A stretch of 64,000 bases of DNA from Aliarcobacter sp. (lineage in GTDB: Bacteria; Campylobacterota; Campylobacteria; Campylobacterales; Arcobacteraceae). How positions within the stretch are numbered: the first letter of the stretch is position 1; every line of letters starts with the position of its first letter. A program made the translations under genes and the position numbers. The notes beneath the pieces were generated by a model that worked only from the letters and a program-made list of their open reading frames with translations, was not told the origin of the DNA and did no database searches. Shown here in pieces: positions 47,778 to 58,249 of the stretch. The stretch spans positions 10,571 through 74,570 of the forward strand of contig JBDHWU010000011.1 of assembly GCA_039810345.1 (NCBI GenBank), read 5' to 3'.

Positions 47778-49511
47778 ATGTTAGAAGTAATTGAGTTTTT
47801 AAAAGCAAAAAACGTAGAAAAAACAAAGTTTTATGATCAGCTAAAGTGTACAATTGATGAAGCAAAGATTTTACAATATCTTTCAAAAGAGTACTTAAAC
47901 GGTAGAGATATTTTAAATGTAATTGATATTTTAGGTCAATTTTATAGTGTTGAAAAATATGAACACTTAGAAAAGCTTGATATTATAAAATCTCTTTTGG
48001 AATATGGTTGGCTAATCCAAGCCTCTTTTGACCAAGTAAAGCTAAATGAAGCTTCTAAACTTGAACTAATAAACTCAAATGTAACCCTATCAAGCTCATA
48101 TTTAAAAATGCTAGAAAGTGGTAGTAGTGATTTTATTTTGCCTGAAATTAAAAATTATGGTGACCACCTTGAGTATTTGCAAGACCAATTTTTAAAAATA
48201 GATTTAGCCCAGCAACTAAATATTGTTAAGAAAAATTTTGATGCAAACAGCCCTAGTTTTCATAGATTAAAAACAAAACAAGCTTTATTGGAAAACAGAA
48301 TTAAAGATAGAATTAATGCTACAACAAATCCAATTATGATAGAAGACTTTTTTAAAGATAATAATTTAAGCATTCAAGAGCAAATACTATTTTTAGCTCT
48401 TTTAAAAGAGGAATATAGTGGAGGAGATGGAACACTTAGGGAGATGAATTATTTAATTGATTTAATCTCAAATGATGATTATGAAAAGATTAAATTTAGA
48501 AGTCTTCTTGAAGAAAGTTCAACTTTAATTTCAAAAAACTTAATAGATTATGATGAAGTTTTAACACCTTTTGGTGGAATAAATAGAAATTTTTATATTC
48601 CAGATGAAGTTTTATATAAAATATCTCACCCAACAAAAAAAGGCTCAAGTGTTGCAAAAATAAAGCTTGAAAGTATAATAAAAGATCAAGATATTTTTGA
48701 GCTAACTAGCACTACAAAAACTTTAGATGATGTTGTTTTGGCTTCAAAAACAAAAGAAACTTTAGATAATCTTCTAAAACAAGTAGATAAAAATGTAATA
48801 AATAGATTAAAACTATGGGGAATAAAAGATAAAAAAAGAGGAATTGATGCAAAAATAATTTTTTATGGAGTTGCTGGAACAGGAAAAACATTAACTGCTC
48901 TTGCTCTTGCAAAATCTCTTAAAAAAGATGTTTTAAGCTTTGATTGTTCAAAAATTTTATCAATGTATATTGGTGAAAGTGAAAAAAATGTAAGAAATAT
49001 TTTTGATAAATATAATGAAATAAAAGAGCAAACAAAAAGTGAACCAGTTTTACTTTTAAATGAAGCTGACCAGTTTTTAAGTTCAAGAAGTAGTGGAGCA
49101 GGAAGTAGTGCTGATAAAATGCATAATCAAATGCAAAATATATTTTTGGAACAAATAGAGAAATTTGATGGGATTTTAATAGCTACAACAAACCTACTTG
49201 AAAACCTAGATAAAGCATTTTCAAGAAGATTTAACTATAAAATTGAATTTTTGAAGCCAAATTTAGAGCAAAGAGTTGCCTTATGGAAAAAACTTCTTCC
49301 AGCTTCTTTACCGCTAGAAGTTGGTTTTGATATAGAAAAAATTGCAAAATATGAATTAACTGGTGGACAAATTGAGCTTGTTATAAAAAATACTGCTTAT
49401 AAATTGGCTGTTTTAGATGATGCTATTTTTAAATTAAATGATTTTGAAGAGCAAATAAGCAAAGAGAAAAAAGGGCAGTTTGATAGTGAAAATAAAGTTG
49501 GATTTTTTTAA
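47778..49511 (+). CDS. AAA+ ATPase (classic-clade C-terminal AAA module, about 340-aa uncharacterised N-terminal region)
   Basis: Walker A GVAGTGKT (48867-48890). The Walker B position reads LLLNEAD (Asn codon 49059-61). Sensor-1 is IATTN; the SRH is LDKAFSRRF. Ends 9 nt before nuoA. Confidence 0.8.
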   Translation: MLEVIEFLKAKNVEKTKFYDQLKCTIDEAKILQYLSKEYLNGRDILNVIDILGQFYSVEKYEHLEKLDIIKSLLEYGWLIQASFDQVKLNEASKLELINSNVTLSSSYLKMLESGSSDFILPEIKNYGDHLEYLQDQFLKIDLAQQLNIVKKNFDANSPSFHRLKTKQALLENRIKDRINATTNPIMIEDFFKDNNLSIQEQILFLALLKEEYSGGDGTLREMNYLIDLISNDDYEKIKFRSLLEESSTLISKNLIDYDEVLTPFGGINRNFYIPDEVLYKISHPTKKGSSVAKIKLESIIKDQDIFELTSTTKTLDDVVLASKTKETLDNLLKQVDKNVINRLKLWGIKDKKRGIDAKIIFYGVAGTGKTLTALALAKSLKKDVLSFDCSKILSMYIGESEKNVRNIFDKYNEIKEQTKSEPVLLLNEADQFLSSRSSGAGSSADKMHNQMQNIFLEQIEKFDGILIATTNLLENLDKAFSRRFNYKIEFLKPNLEQRVALWKKLLPASLPLEVGFDIEKIAKYELTGGQIELVIKNTAYKLAVLDDAIFKLNDFEEQISKEKKGQFDSENKVGFF

Positions 49512-49520
49512 AGGTAATTT

Positions 49521-49910
49521 ATGACTCATATAGATTTTGCACATCCATATTTTGGTGCTTTTATGATGTTTATTTTAAGTTTTACTATATTTGGTATGGC
49601 TTTATTTTTATCAAGATTTATAAGTAGAAAAATAGCTAGATTAAACACAGAAAAATTAAAAACAACAATTTATGAATGCGGAGTTGAAGTTACAAAACAA
49701 CCAAATAAAATCTCAACTCAGTTTTATTTAGTTGCACTTTTATTTATACTTTTTGATGTTGAGATTATTTTTATGTTTCCATGGGCAATAAACTTCAAAG
49801 TATTGGGTTGGTTTGGTTTTGTTGAAATGTTAATGTTTTTACTAATTTTAGCAATTGGTTTTTTATACGCTTGGAAAAAAGGAGCATTAAATTGGCACAG
49901 CATAAAGTAA
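49521..49910 (+). CDS. nuoA: NADH-quinone oxidoreductase subunit A
   Basis: 129 aa, 3 TM helices, YECG motif, first cistron of the nuo cluster. Confidence 0.9.
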   Translation: MTHIDFAHPYFGAFMMFILSFTIFGMALFLSRFISRKIARLNTEKLKTTIYECGVEVTKQPNKISTQFYLVALLFILFDVEIIFMFPWAINFKVLGWFGFVEMLMFLLILAIGFLYAWKKGALNWHSIK

Positions 49911-50401
49911 ACTATTTTCAAGACAATGGAGCTGCTATTAAGCTTACAACTATTGATAAAATAGTTAATTTTGGAAGAAGTAACTCACTTTGGCCAATGA
50001 CTTATGGACTTGCTTGTTGTGCTATTGAGATGATGGCAACTGGTGGTTCAAGATATGATTTTGATAGATTTGGAACAATTTTTAGAGCAAGTCCTAGGCA
50101 ATCTGATGTTTTAATAATTGCAGGAACTCTAACAAAAAAACATGCTGAGTTTTTAAGAAGATTATATGACCAAATGCCTGATCCTAAATGGGTTATATCT
50201 ATGGGTTCTTGTGCAAATACTGGTGGAATGTTCAATACTTATGCCACAGTTCAAGGAGCAGATAGAATTATTCCTGTTGATATTTATCTTCCAGGATGTG
50301 CCCCACGACCTGAAACATTGCAGTATGCTTTAATGATGTTACAACAAAAGATAAGAAAAGAGTCAATTTTTAGAAATATAAAAAATAAGAGATTAATATG
50401 A
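49892..50401 (+). CDS. nuoB: NADH-quinone oxidoreductase subunit B
   Basis: [17 protein letters not shown] and PGCAPRPE are the N2 cluster ligands. I prefer TTG 49892 (MAQHKVNYF), which lies 7 nt after AGGAG, over the longest-ORF TTG at 49871. Confidence 0.9.
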   Translation: MAQHKVNYFQDNGAAIKLTTIDKIVNFGRSNSLWPMTYGLACCAIEMMATGGSRYDFDRFGTIFRASPRQSDVLIIAGTLTKKHAEFLRRLYDQMPDPKWVISMGSCANTGGMFNTYATVQGADRIIPVDIYLPGCAPRPETLQYALMMLQQKIRKESIFRNIKNKRLI

Positions 50402-51189
50402 GAGAGTATCGAAATAAAAGTGATGTACAAAAAAAATCTTATTATAATGATAGATTTTTTGTAAGCCCAACACAAGAGACTTTTGATGTAGATAGCGACA
50501 CTATTTTTGCAAAAGATTTAGCTATTTTAGAAAATGTATCAAAAATAGAAAAAGCATATATTTGTCACACTCATTTAGTTTTAGAGATAAATAAAAATGA
50601 AATTACAAATCTTTTAAAAGAGCTAAAAAATCTTGAATACAATATGCTAATTGAACTATCTTGTATTGATTATTTGGCACAAAAAAACTCTTTTGAGGTT
50701 TTTTATGAGCTTCTTTCTACACAAAAAAGAAAAAGAGTAAGAGTAAAAACTACTATTTTAAAAGATGAAAATATAGAGTCTGTTACAAAACTTTTTAAAA
50801 GTGCAAACTGGAGTGAAAGAGAAGCTTATGATATGTTTGGAGTTAAATTTATAAATCATCCAAATTTAAAAAGACTTTTAATGCCAGATGATTGGTATGA
50901 CCACCCACTTAAAAAATCTTATCCACTTCAAGGAGATGAAGCAGCAGCTTGGTATGAAGTTGATAAAATTTTTGGAAAAAATGCAAGAGATATTATAGGA
51001 CCTGAAATCAGAGATAGTGCTAGTATTGATAGATATGATACTACAAGATTTGCAAGGCTTGGTCATGAAGTTCCTTTTGGATTTGAAGAAACAACACAAA
51101 ATACAGATATTAAATATCAAGAAGATAATCAAAAACTTGTAACAAAATTAGACCCAAATAAAACAAAAACTTTGGAGAAGAGAAAATAA
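50398..51189 (+). CDS. nuoC: NADH-quinone oxidoreductase subunit C
   Basis: 263 aa, 30-kDa subunit signature ([24 protein letters not shown]). ATGA overlap with nuoB. Confidence 0.9.
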   Translation: MREYRNKSDVQKKSYYNDRFFVSPTQETFDVDSDTIFAKDLAILENVSKIEKAYICHTHLVLEINKNEITNLLKELKNLEYNMLIELSCIDYLAQKNSFEVFYELLSTQKRKRVRVKTTILKDENIESVTKLFKSANWSEREAYDMFGVKFINHPNLKRLLMPDDWYDHPLKKSYPLQGDEAAAWYEVDKIFGKNARDIIGPEIRDSASIDRYDTTRFARLGHEVPFGFEETTQNTDIKYQEDNQKLVTKLDPNKTKTLEKRK

Positions 51190-52415
51190 TGCAAACTCCT
51201 AATAGACTTAAACCTTTTTTTGAGAATATCCACTTTCAAAGAGAAGATAACACAATGAGTGTAAATTTTGGACCACAACACCCATCAGCTCATGGACAAT
51301 TAAGATTAGTATTAGAGTTACAAGGTGAAGAAGTTGTAAAAGCAACTCCTATGATTGGTTATTTGCATCGTGGAATGGAAAAAATGGCTGAAAATATGAT
51401 TTACAATGAGTTTTTACCAACAACAGATAGGATGGATTATATAGCAGCAACATCAAATAATTATGCCTATGCAAAAGCTGTTGAAGAACTTTTAGGCTTA
51501 GAAATTCCTAAACGAGCAGAGTGTATTAGAGTTGTTTTACTAGAATTAAATAGGGTCGTTTCTCATCTTTTTTGGTTAGCAACTCATGCTCTTGATGTGG
51601 GAGCTATGTCTATGTTTTTATACTGCTTTAGAGAAAGAGAGTATGCACTTGATTTAATAGAAGATTATTGTGGTGCTAGACTTACTCATAGTGCTATTAG
51701 AATTGGTGGAGTTCCTTTGGATTTACCAGAAAACTGGATAGAAAACTGCACAATATTTTTAAATAATCTAAAAAAAGAGATAACTAATTATGAAAAGCTT
51801 CTAAATGAAAATAGAATTTGGAGAATGAGGCTTGAAAATGTTGGAGTAATCACACCACAAATGGCAAAAGATTTTGCTGTTTCAGGTGTTGCATTAAGAG
51901 GAAGCGGTATAAAATGGGACTTAAGAAAAGAGATGCCTTATAGTATATACAATGAACTTGATTTTGAAGTTCCTATTTCAAACACTTACGACTCTTATGG
52001 AAGATATAGACTTTGTATTGAAGAGATGAAAGAGTCAATAAAAATCATTGAGCAAGTTTTTCCAAAATATTATGAATGTGATACTCAATTAATGACAAAT
52101 GACCCACGATATATAAGTCCTACAAAAGAGGATATTATGACTCAAAACTACTCTTTAATGCAACATTTTGTACTGGTTACTCAAGGGCTTTGTCCACCTG
52201 TTGGAGAAGTTTATGTGGCAACTGAATCTCCAAAAGGAGAGCTTGGATTTTATATAAAAAGCGATGGAACACAGTATCCATATAGGCTAAAAGTAAGAGC
52301 CCCTAGCTTTTTTCATACAGCTTTACTTGAAGAACTTTTAGTTGGTTGCCAGTTGGCTGATGTGGTTACTATTATTGGGAATTTAAATATTGTTTTTGGT
52401 GAGATTGACAGATGA
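51189..52415 (+). CDS. nuoD: NADH-quinone oxidoreductase subunit D
   Basis: 408 aa with [19 protein letters not shown] and a C-terminal FGEIDR. Confidence 0.95.
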   Translation: MQTPNRLKPFFENIHFQREDNTMSVNFGPQHPSAHGQLRLVLELQGEEVVKATPMIGYLHRGMEKMAENMIYNEFLPTTDRMDYIAATSNNYAYAKAVEELLGLEIPKRAECIRVVLLELNRVVSHLFWLATHALDVGAMSMFLYCFREREYALDLIEDYCGARLTHSAIRIGGVPLDLPENWIENCTIFLNNLKKEITNYEKLLNENRIWRMRLENVGVITPQMAKDFAVSGVALRGSGIKWDLRKEMPYSIYNELDFEVPISNTYDSYGRYRLCIEEMKESIKIIEQVFPKYYECDTQLMTNDPRYISPTKEDIMTQNYSLMQHFVLVTQGLCPPVGEVYVATESPKGELGFYIKSDGTQYPYRLKVRAPSFFHTALLEELLVGCQLADVVTIIGNLNIVFGEIDR

Positions 52416-52684
52416 AAAGAGTAGATTTAAGACACCTAAAAGATGATTTTTATGAGAAAATGTTATATGTTTTACAAAATTCCAATAGTGAAGAGGTTAC
52501 CATTTTTTTATTTGAAATAGGTGATTTTTCTCATATTCAAAAAGTTGCCAATTTTGTTTATGAAAATGAGTTTACCCTTATGAATTCACTAAAATTCAAT
52601 GAAAAAGATTGGACAATAGTTGTAAAAAATATAAAACCAGAAATTAAAATAGAGCAAAAGGAGATAGAAAATGAAGAGAATTGA
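52412..52684 (+). CDS. small protein in the NuoE position (not NuoE-like, Cys-free)
   Basis: 90 aa, ATGA overlap with nuoD. It contains no cysteine, so it cannot carry the NuoE 2Fe-2S cluster. The position corresponds to Cj1575c/HP1264-type ORFs. Confidence 0.8.
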   Translation: MKRVDLRHLKDDFYEKMLYVLQNSNSEEVTIFLFEIGDFSHIQKVANFVYENEFTLMNSLKFNEKDWTIVVKNIKPEIKIEQKEIENEEN

Positions 52685-53447
52685 GGAGTTAAAAAATAGT
52701 GATTATATAATCTCTATAGGTACATTTTTTGAAAATGATAGTTTAAGAAATATAGTTTTAAATAGAGCAAAAGATACAAATTTTGTGTATATGTCTCCTA
52801 TTGATAATCATCTACTAAAAAATAGTTACACAAACTTTATAAAATATGAAGCAGGAAGTGAAGAAGCTGTTTTAGCCCTATTTTTAAATGCTTTTGGTTC
52901 GCACTTTGATAATAAAACAAAAGCCTTTTTAGATGAACTTGATTTTGGTTATTTTGCTGCAGAAAGTAGTGCTGGAGAAGAGGAGTTTGAAGAGGCTTGT
53001 GATTTAGCTTTTGAATCAAATAATAAGATTTTAATTATTGGAGATGATATAAAATATCATCCAAAAGTTGAAAATATTGCAAGATTAATTGGAAGAATTG
53101 AAAAATACACAGATTTATCAATTCTAATTTTAGATGAAGAGTTAGAAAAAAAGATTGAACATTTTAAAGATGAAACTTTAGAAGATATTGATGAGTTAAA
53201 ATCTTTTAATGGAACTGTTGTTTATGAAATTTTAGCTGATGAAAAATATTTAGTTGCTAGTCAAACTTTTTTAAATATTGCAAAAATAAAAGATGGTGAC
53301 CATATTGAGATTTTTACAAAAAATCAAAACTATAAAAGAGTTGTAAAACTTGACTCAAATCTTTTAGGAACTATTGCAATTTTAGGAGTTAAAGAGTTGT
53401 CAAATGAGTATAGATACAAACAAGCGAAAATAGAAAAAAGTGAATAA
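52671..53447 (+). CDS. protein in the NuoF position (not NuoF-like; paralogous to the C-terminal half of NuoG)
   Basis: 258 aa with a single Cys and no FMN, NADH or 4Fe-4S motifs. Blocks [16 protein letters not shown] and NNKILIIGDDIKYHPKVENIARLIGRIEKYT align with NuoG IETIKNSEFIVSVGSF and NNFSLVVGEDIIAHKNREFLAKVIGLITKYT. Confidence 0.8.
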   Translation: MKRIEELKNSDYIISIGTFFENDSLRNIVLNRAKDTNFVYMSPIDNHLLKNSYTNFIKYEAGSEEAVLALFLNAFGSHFDNKTKAFLDELDFGYFAAESSAGEEEFEEACDLAFESNNKILIIGDDIKYHPKVENIARLIGRIEKYTDLSILILDEELEKKIEHFKDETLEDIDELKSFNGTVVYEILADEKYLVASQTFLNIAKIKDGDHIEIFTKNQNYKRVVKLDSNLLGTIAILGVKELSNEYRYKQAKIEKSE

Positions 53448-53448
53448 T

Positions 53449-55770
53449 ATGCAAGAAATAAAGCTTACAATAAATAACAAAGAGTTTATAGCAAATCCAA
53501 ATGAAACAATTTTAAATCTTGCAAGAAGAAATAATATTTTTATTCCTGCAATTTGCTATTTAAACTCTTGTTCACCAACTTTAGCTTGTAGGCTTTGTTT
53601 AGTAGAAGTAGATGGAAAGCAAGTATATGCTTGTAATGCAAAAGCAAAAGAAAATATGCAAATAAGCACAACAAATGAAAATATTGAAAAAGAACGAAAT
53701 GCAATAATGCAAGTTTATTGTGTAAATCACCCTTTACAATGTGGAGTTTGTGATAAAAGTGGAGAGTGCGAACTTCAAAACTATACTTTGTATATGCAAG
53801 TTACAAATCAAAATTACTCAATAAGAGATTCTCACAAACCAAAGCAAAAATGGGGAGTTATGAACTATGATCCAGCTTTATGTATAGTTTGTGAAAGATG
53901 TGTAACTGTTTGTAGTGATGTTATTGGTTCCAACTCTTTAAGCACTACAAAAAGAGGTGCAGATGAACTTGATAAAAGTCTAAAAGATAGTATGCCAAAA
54001 GATGCTTATGCTATGTGGAATAAACTAAATAAATCTTTAATAGCCCACAATAGCGACTCTTGTATTAGTTGTGGGGAATGCATTGCTGTTTGTCCAACAG
54101 GTGCTATGATTAGTAACAACTTTCAATACACTTCAAATGCTTGGGAGTTAGAAAAAATTCCTGCGGCAAACCCTTTTTATAGTGATTGCTCATTTTTGTA
54201 TTATGAAGTTAAACAAACAAGTATTGATGATAAAAGAAAAAAAGTTTATAGAGTTACAAATGAGTTCCATTTTCAAGATATTTGTGGGGCTGCTAGATTT
54301 TGTTTTGATTATGAAAACAAAGATGCAATAAAAGATAAATTGGCTTTTGATAAGGCAATAGACTCTTTCAAAAAGGCAAAAAATATAGTTTTTAACTCAT
54401 TTATTACAAATGAAGAGGCTTTTATTCTTCAAGAAATAGCAAATTTTACTGGTGCAAAACTAGTAAATGATGAAGCAAAACTATATAAAGAGTTTTTAGA
54501 AAACTACTCAAAAACAGCTGGAAGTTTTTTATACAATGGCTCAATTGAAACTATAAAAAATAGTGAATTTATAGTAAGTGTTGGAAGCTTCTTAAAAACA
54601 GATGCTCCTTCAATTAAAAATACAATAAATAATCAAGTAAAAGTAAATAAAGCAAATGCCCTATTTTTTCACCCTTTAACTGATACAAATTTAGAATTAA
54701 TTGGTAAAAAAGGTAAAAATACAGAGTTTATCTATCATAAACCGCAGCTTGAAGAGTATATTTTAATACTAATTCTAAAAAAATTCTCAAATAATCTTCC
54801 AAATGAGTTTCAAAATTTAATAGATTTTGAAGACTCTTTTTTACTTGAAAAACTAGAAAAAGATGAGAGTTTTATTGAACTACTATATAGTTTTTCTAAA
54901 GATAAAAACAACTTTTCTTTAGTTGTTGGAGAAGATATTATAGCTCATAAAAATAGAGAGTTTTTAGCAAAAGTTATAGGTTTAATTACAAAATACACAA
55001 ACTTCAAAGTTTTAATAATTCCTCCAAAAACAAATAGTTTAGGAGTTAGCTTAATTTGTAATTTAGAAGAAAAAGTTGATGGTTTTACTGTTGGTTACAA
55101 TGAAATAGCAGATTTTACCCTAGCTTGTTTTGGAAAAAAAGATTTAGATATGCCAACTCTTCTTGAGCAAGAAGGAACTTTTACAAATTTAGATAAAAGA
55201 GTTATTCCTACAAATGCTGCTTTAAAATACAATGCTTATACTTTAAATGATATTGCAAATGCTATTTTAAATAAAGATGTTGAAAACACTATTGAATATA
55301 CAAAAAATCTTCCAATAAACAGAGGTTTTAAAGATATAGAGTTTGATGATTTACCAAATGGTTTTTTAAATAGTGGAGAAGAAAATAGAGGTTATTTACT
55401 AAAGAACTTTAGTGTTAATTTAGAAAATAGTATAACTCTTCCAAAAATAGAAGCTTTAAATATAAACAATGATGAGTTTATTATTTATAGAAAAAACCCT
55501 TTAAATCAAGTAAATGAATTTACAAGTGTATCAAAAGAGTTTAAAGAAAATTTAGAAGATGGTATCTTCTTCTCAAAAGAGCAGTTTGAAAGTTTAGAGA
55601 TAAAAACTTTAGTTGAAGTTACAACAAAAAATAAAACTTTAGTTTTAAATGCTTATATAGATAATCAACTATCTGGAAATATTCCTTATATTTCAACTTT
55701 TTTAAAAAATGAAAATCAAAAGCTATTTTTAGAAAATAGATATGAAATAGCAAAAATAAGAGTGATTTAA
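53449..55770 (+). CDS. nuoG: NADH-quinone oxidoreductase subunit G
   Basis: N-terminal 2Fe-2S (CYLNSCSPTLACRLC...C), HPLQCGVCDKSGEC, CIVCERCVTVC, CISCGECIAVCP, then a molybdopterin-oxidoreductase-like region. I prefer ATG 53449; the longest ORF starts at GTG 53440. Confidence 0.92.
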   Translation: MQEIKLTINNKEFIANPNETILNLARRNNIFIPAICYLNSCSPTLACRLCLVEVDGKQVYACNAKAKENMQISTTNENIEKERNAIMQVYCVNHPLQCGVCDKSGECELQNYTLYMQVTNQNYSIRDSHKPKQKWGVMNYDPALCIVCERCVTVCSDVIGSNSLSTTKRGADELDKSLKDSMPKDAYAMWNKLNKSLIAHNSDSCISCGECIAVCPTGAMISNNFQYTSNAWELEKIPAANPFYSDCSFLYYEVKQTSIDDKRKKVYRVTNEFHFQDICGAARFCFDYENKDAIKDKLAFDKAIDSFKKAKNIVFNSFITNEEAFILQEIANFTGAKLVNDEAKLYKEFLENYSKTAGSFLYNGSIETIKNSEFIVSVGSFLKTDAPSIKNTINNQVKVNKANALFFHPLTDTNLELIGKKGKNTEFIYHKPQLEEYILILILKKFSNNLPNEFQNLIDFEDSFLLEKLEKDESFIELLYSFSKDKNNFSLVVGEDIIAHKNREFLAKVIGLITKYTNFKVLIIPPKTNSLGVSLICNLEEKVDGFTVGYNEIADFTLACFGKKDLDMPTLLEQEGTFTNLDKRVIPTNAALKYNAYTLNDIANAILNKDVENTIEYTKNLPINRGFKDIEFDDLPNGFLNSGEENRGYLLKNFSVNLENSITLPKIEALNINNDEFIIYRKNPLNQVNEFTSVSKEFKENLEDGIFFSKEQFESLEIKTLVEVTTKNKTLVLNAYIDNQLSGNIPYISTFLKNENQKLFLENRYEIAKIRVI

Positions 55771-56759
55771 TGGAAGCAATAATTATTGAAACTATTATAA
55801 AAATTTTTGTTGTTCTTGCTGTATTTGGTTTTTTAGCAGCATTTACAACATATATAGAAAGAAAAGTTTTAGCCTTTTTTCAAAGAAGAGTTGGACCTAG
55901 CCTTGTTGGACCTGCTGGAATTTTTCAACTCATTGCAGATGGAATTAAACTTTTTACAAAAGAGGATGTAGTTCCTGCAAATGCTAATAAAACTATTTTT
56001 ATGCTAGCTCCACTAATAACTGTTAGTACAGCTTTTATAGCTATGAGTGCTGTTCCATTTTTACCAGAATTTACAATATTTTCGCACACAATAAAACCAA
56101 TAATTAGTGATATAAATGTTGGACTCTTATTTGTACTTGCTGTATCTTCAGCTGGACATTATGGAGCCTTATTAGGTGGAATGGGTAGTGCATCCAAATG
56201 GGCATTATTAGGAGGTGCTAGAACAACAATTCAACTTTTATCTTATGAAGTTATATCTGGACTTGCACTAATTTCTCCACTTATGATGATAGGAAGCTTA
56301 TCTTTAATTGATATAAATAACTACCAAAATGATGGTATTTTTTCTTGGATTGTATTTTCTCAACCTTTGGCATTTATTCTTTTTTTAATCTCTGGCTTTG
56401 CCCAAACAAATAGAACTCCATTTGACTTATTAGAACACGAAGCAGAACTTGTTGCAGGTTATGCAACAGAGTATTCAGGGCTTAGATGGGGAATGTTTTT
56501 TATTGGTGAATATGCGAATTTATATACAATTTCATTTTTAATAGCCCTTATTTTTTTAGGTGGTTTTAATCCTCTTTGGATTATTCCAGGAGGAATTGCA
56601 ATAGTTTTAAAAGTTATGTTATTGATTTTTGTATTTTTATGGACAAGAGCAACTTGGCCACATATTAGACCTGACCAATTAATGTGGCTTTGCTGGAAAG
56701 TTTTAATGCCTTTAGCATTTTTAAATATTTTAATTACTGGCTTTGCCCTTATGTTTTAG
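55770..56759 (+). CDS. nuoH: NADH-quinone oxidoreductase subunit H
   Basis: 329 aa, polytopic, with ERKVLAFFQRRVGP and EHEAELVAGYATEYSG. Confidence 0.95.
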   Translation: MEAIIIETIIKIFVVLAVFGFLAAFTTYIERKVLAFFQRRVGPSLVGPAGIFQLIADGIKLFTKEDVVPANANKTIFMLAPLITVSTAFIAMSAVPFLPEFTIFSHTIKPIISDINVGLLFVLAVSSAGHYGALLGGMGSASKWALLGGARTTIQLLSYEVISGLALISPLMMIGSLSLIDINNYQNDGIFSWIVFSQPLAFILFLISGFAQTNRTPFDLLEHEAELVAGYATEYSGLRWGMFFIGEYANLYTISFLIALIFLGGFNPLWIIPGGIAIVLKVMLLIFVFLWTRATWPHIRPDQLMWLCWKVLMPLAFLNILITGFALMF

Positions 56760-56768
56760 GAAAAAATA

Positions 56769-57362
56769 ATGAATGAAAAAGATTACAAAATAGTATTAGA
56801 AGATGATTATCCTAAATCAAATTGGGATATTTTCAAACAAATTGTAAAAAGGTCTGCAAAAGGAGAGCTTTTTATTGGACTTAAAATAACTATGGGAATA
56901 TTTTATAGAACTTTATTTAAAAATGAGAGTGCAACAGTTCACTATCCGAAAGAAAAACTTCCTTTAAGCCCACGATATAGAGCTATTCATAAGCTTTTAA
57001 GACTCATAGAATCTGAAAATGAAAGATGTATTGGATGTGGGCTTTGTGAGAAAATATGTATTGCAAATTGTATAAAAATGGATACAAGAATTGATGAAAC
57101 TTCAAGAAAAGAGGTTTTAGAATATACAATAAATATGGGAAGATGTATTTTTTGTGGTTATTGTGCTGAAGTTTGTCCAGAACTTGCAATTGTTCACGGT
57201 CAAAGATATGAAAATGCAAGTGAACAAAGAGCCCATTTTACTCTAAAAGAGGATATTTTGACAAAAGAAGGTGCCACAAAATGGCAAATAGAGTATGATG
57301 GTTTTGGAAGTGTTTCAAAAGATGCTGATAAAAAAATCAAAAAAACTCCACTATCTTATTAG
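56769..57362 (+). CDS. nuoI: NADH-quinone oxidoreductase subunit I
   Basis: Two 4Fe-4S ferredoxin motifs: [11 protein letters not shown] and [12 protein letters not shown]. Confidence 0.95.
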   Translation: MNEKDYKIVLEDDYPKSNWDIFKQIVKRSAKGELFIGLKITMGIFYRTLFKNESATVHYPKEKLPLSPRYRAIHKLLRLIESENERCIGCGLCEKICIANCIKMDTRIDETSRKEVLEYTINMGRCIFCGYCAEVCPELAIVHGQRYENASEQRAHFTLKEDILTKEGATKWQIEYDGFGSVSKDADKKIKKTPLSY

Positions 57363-57370
57363 GATGAAAA

Positions 57371-57952
57371 ATGTTTGAAATTGTAGCCTTTATTATTTTT
57401 TCACTTTTAACAATATCAATGTTTTTAATAACTGTTTTAACAAATAATACTTTATATGCTCTAAGCTCACTTGCTGCTGGGATGATTTTTATTTCAGGTT
57501 TTTTCTTTTTGCTTGATGCAGAGTTTTTGGGAGTAGTTCAAATAGTTGTTTATAGTGGTGCTGTTATGGCTTTATATGCATTTGGTATGATGTTTTTTGA
57601 CACACTTAGTGAAGTTGAAGAGAAAATAAATAATCCTAGATTGACTTTTTTTCTATCTGGAATTACTGCATTAATTATTGTAATTATTTTAATAGCTCCA
57701 ATTTTAGGACAAAATATAGAAGCCCAAAATCCAGTAAATAGTGAAGTTTCAAATAGTGTGAATATTGGAATGACCCTATTTACAAAATATCTTCTACCTT
57801 TTGAAATGGCAGCACTTATGCTTTTAATTGCAATGATTGGAGCAATTGTACTTGCAAGTAAAAAGATGAATATCTCTTTTTCAGAATTAAATGAAAATGA
57901 AATAGATGCTTTACTAAAAGATGAAGAAGCCAAAAAAAGGGGAGAAATATGA
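57371..57952 (+). CDS. nuoJ: NADH-quinone oxidoreductase subunit J
   Basis: 193 aa membrane subunit, supported by order in the operon and VQIVVYSGAVMALYAFGMM. Confidence 0.9.
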   Translation: MFEIVAFIIFSLLTISMFLITVLTNNTLYALSSLAAGMIFISGFFFLLDAEFLGVVQIVVYSGAVMALYAFGMMFFDTLSEVEEKINNPRLTFFLSGITALIIVIILIAPILGQNIEAQNPVNSEVSNSVNIGMTLFTKYLLPFEMAALMLLIAMIGAIVLASKKMNISFSELNENEIDALLKDEEAKKRGEI

Positions 57953-58248
57953 GTTTAAACTACTATTTAATTCTTAGCTCTATTATATTTTTTATTGGTG
58001 TTTTTGGAGTAATTAGAAGAAAAAATCTATTAATGCTATTTTTTACAACCGAAATTATGTTAAATGCTGTAAATATTGGTTTGGTTGCAATTTCAAAATA
58101 TTACAATGATTTAGGTGGGCAAATGTTTGCCTTTTTTATAATCGCTGTTGCTGCTAGTGAAGTTGCTATTGGACTTGGGCTTTTAATTCTTTGGTATAAA
58201 AAACATGGTTCTTTAAATCTTGATGATATTGCAAGAATGAAAGGTTAA
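57949..58248 (+). CDS. nuoK: NADH-quinone oxidoreductase subunit K
   Basis: 99 aa, 3 TM helices, conserved membrane glutamates (TTEIMLNAVN, AASEVAIGL). Confidence 0.92.
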   Translation: MSLNYYLILSSIIFFIGVFGVIRRKNLLMLFFTTEIMLNAVNIGLVAISKYYNDLGGQMFAFFIIAVAASEVAIGLGLLILWYKKHGSLNLDDIARMKG

Positions 58249-58249
58249 A

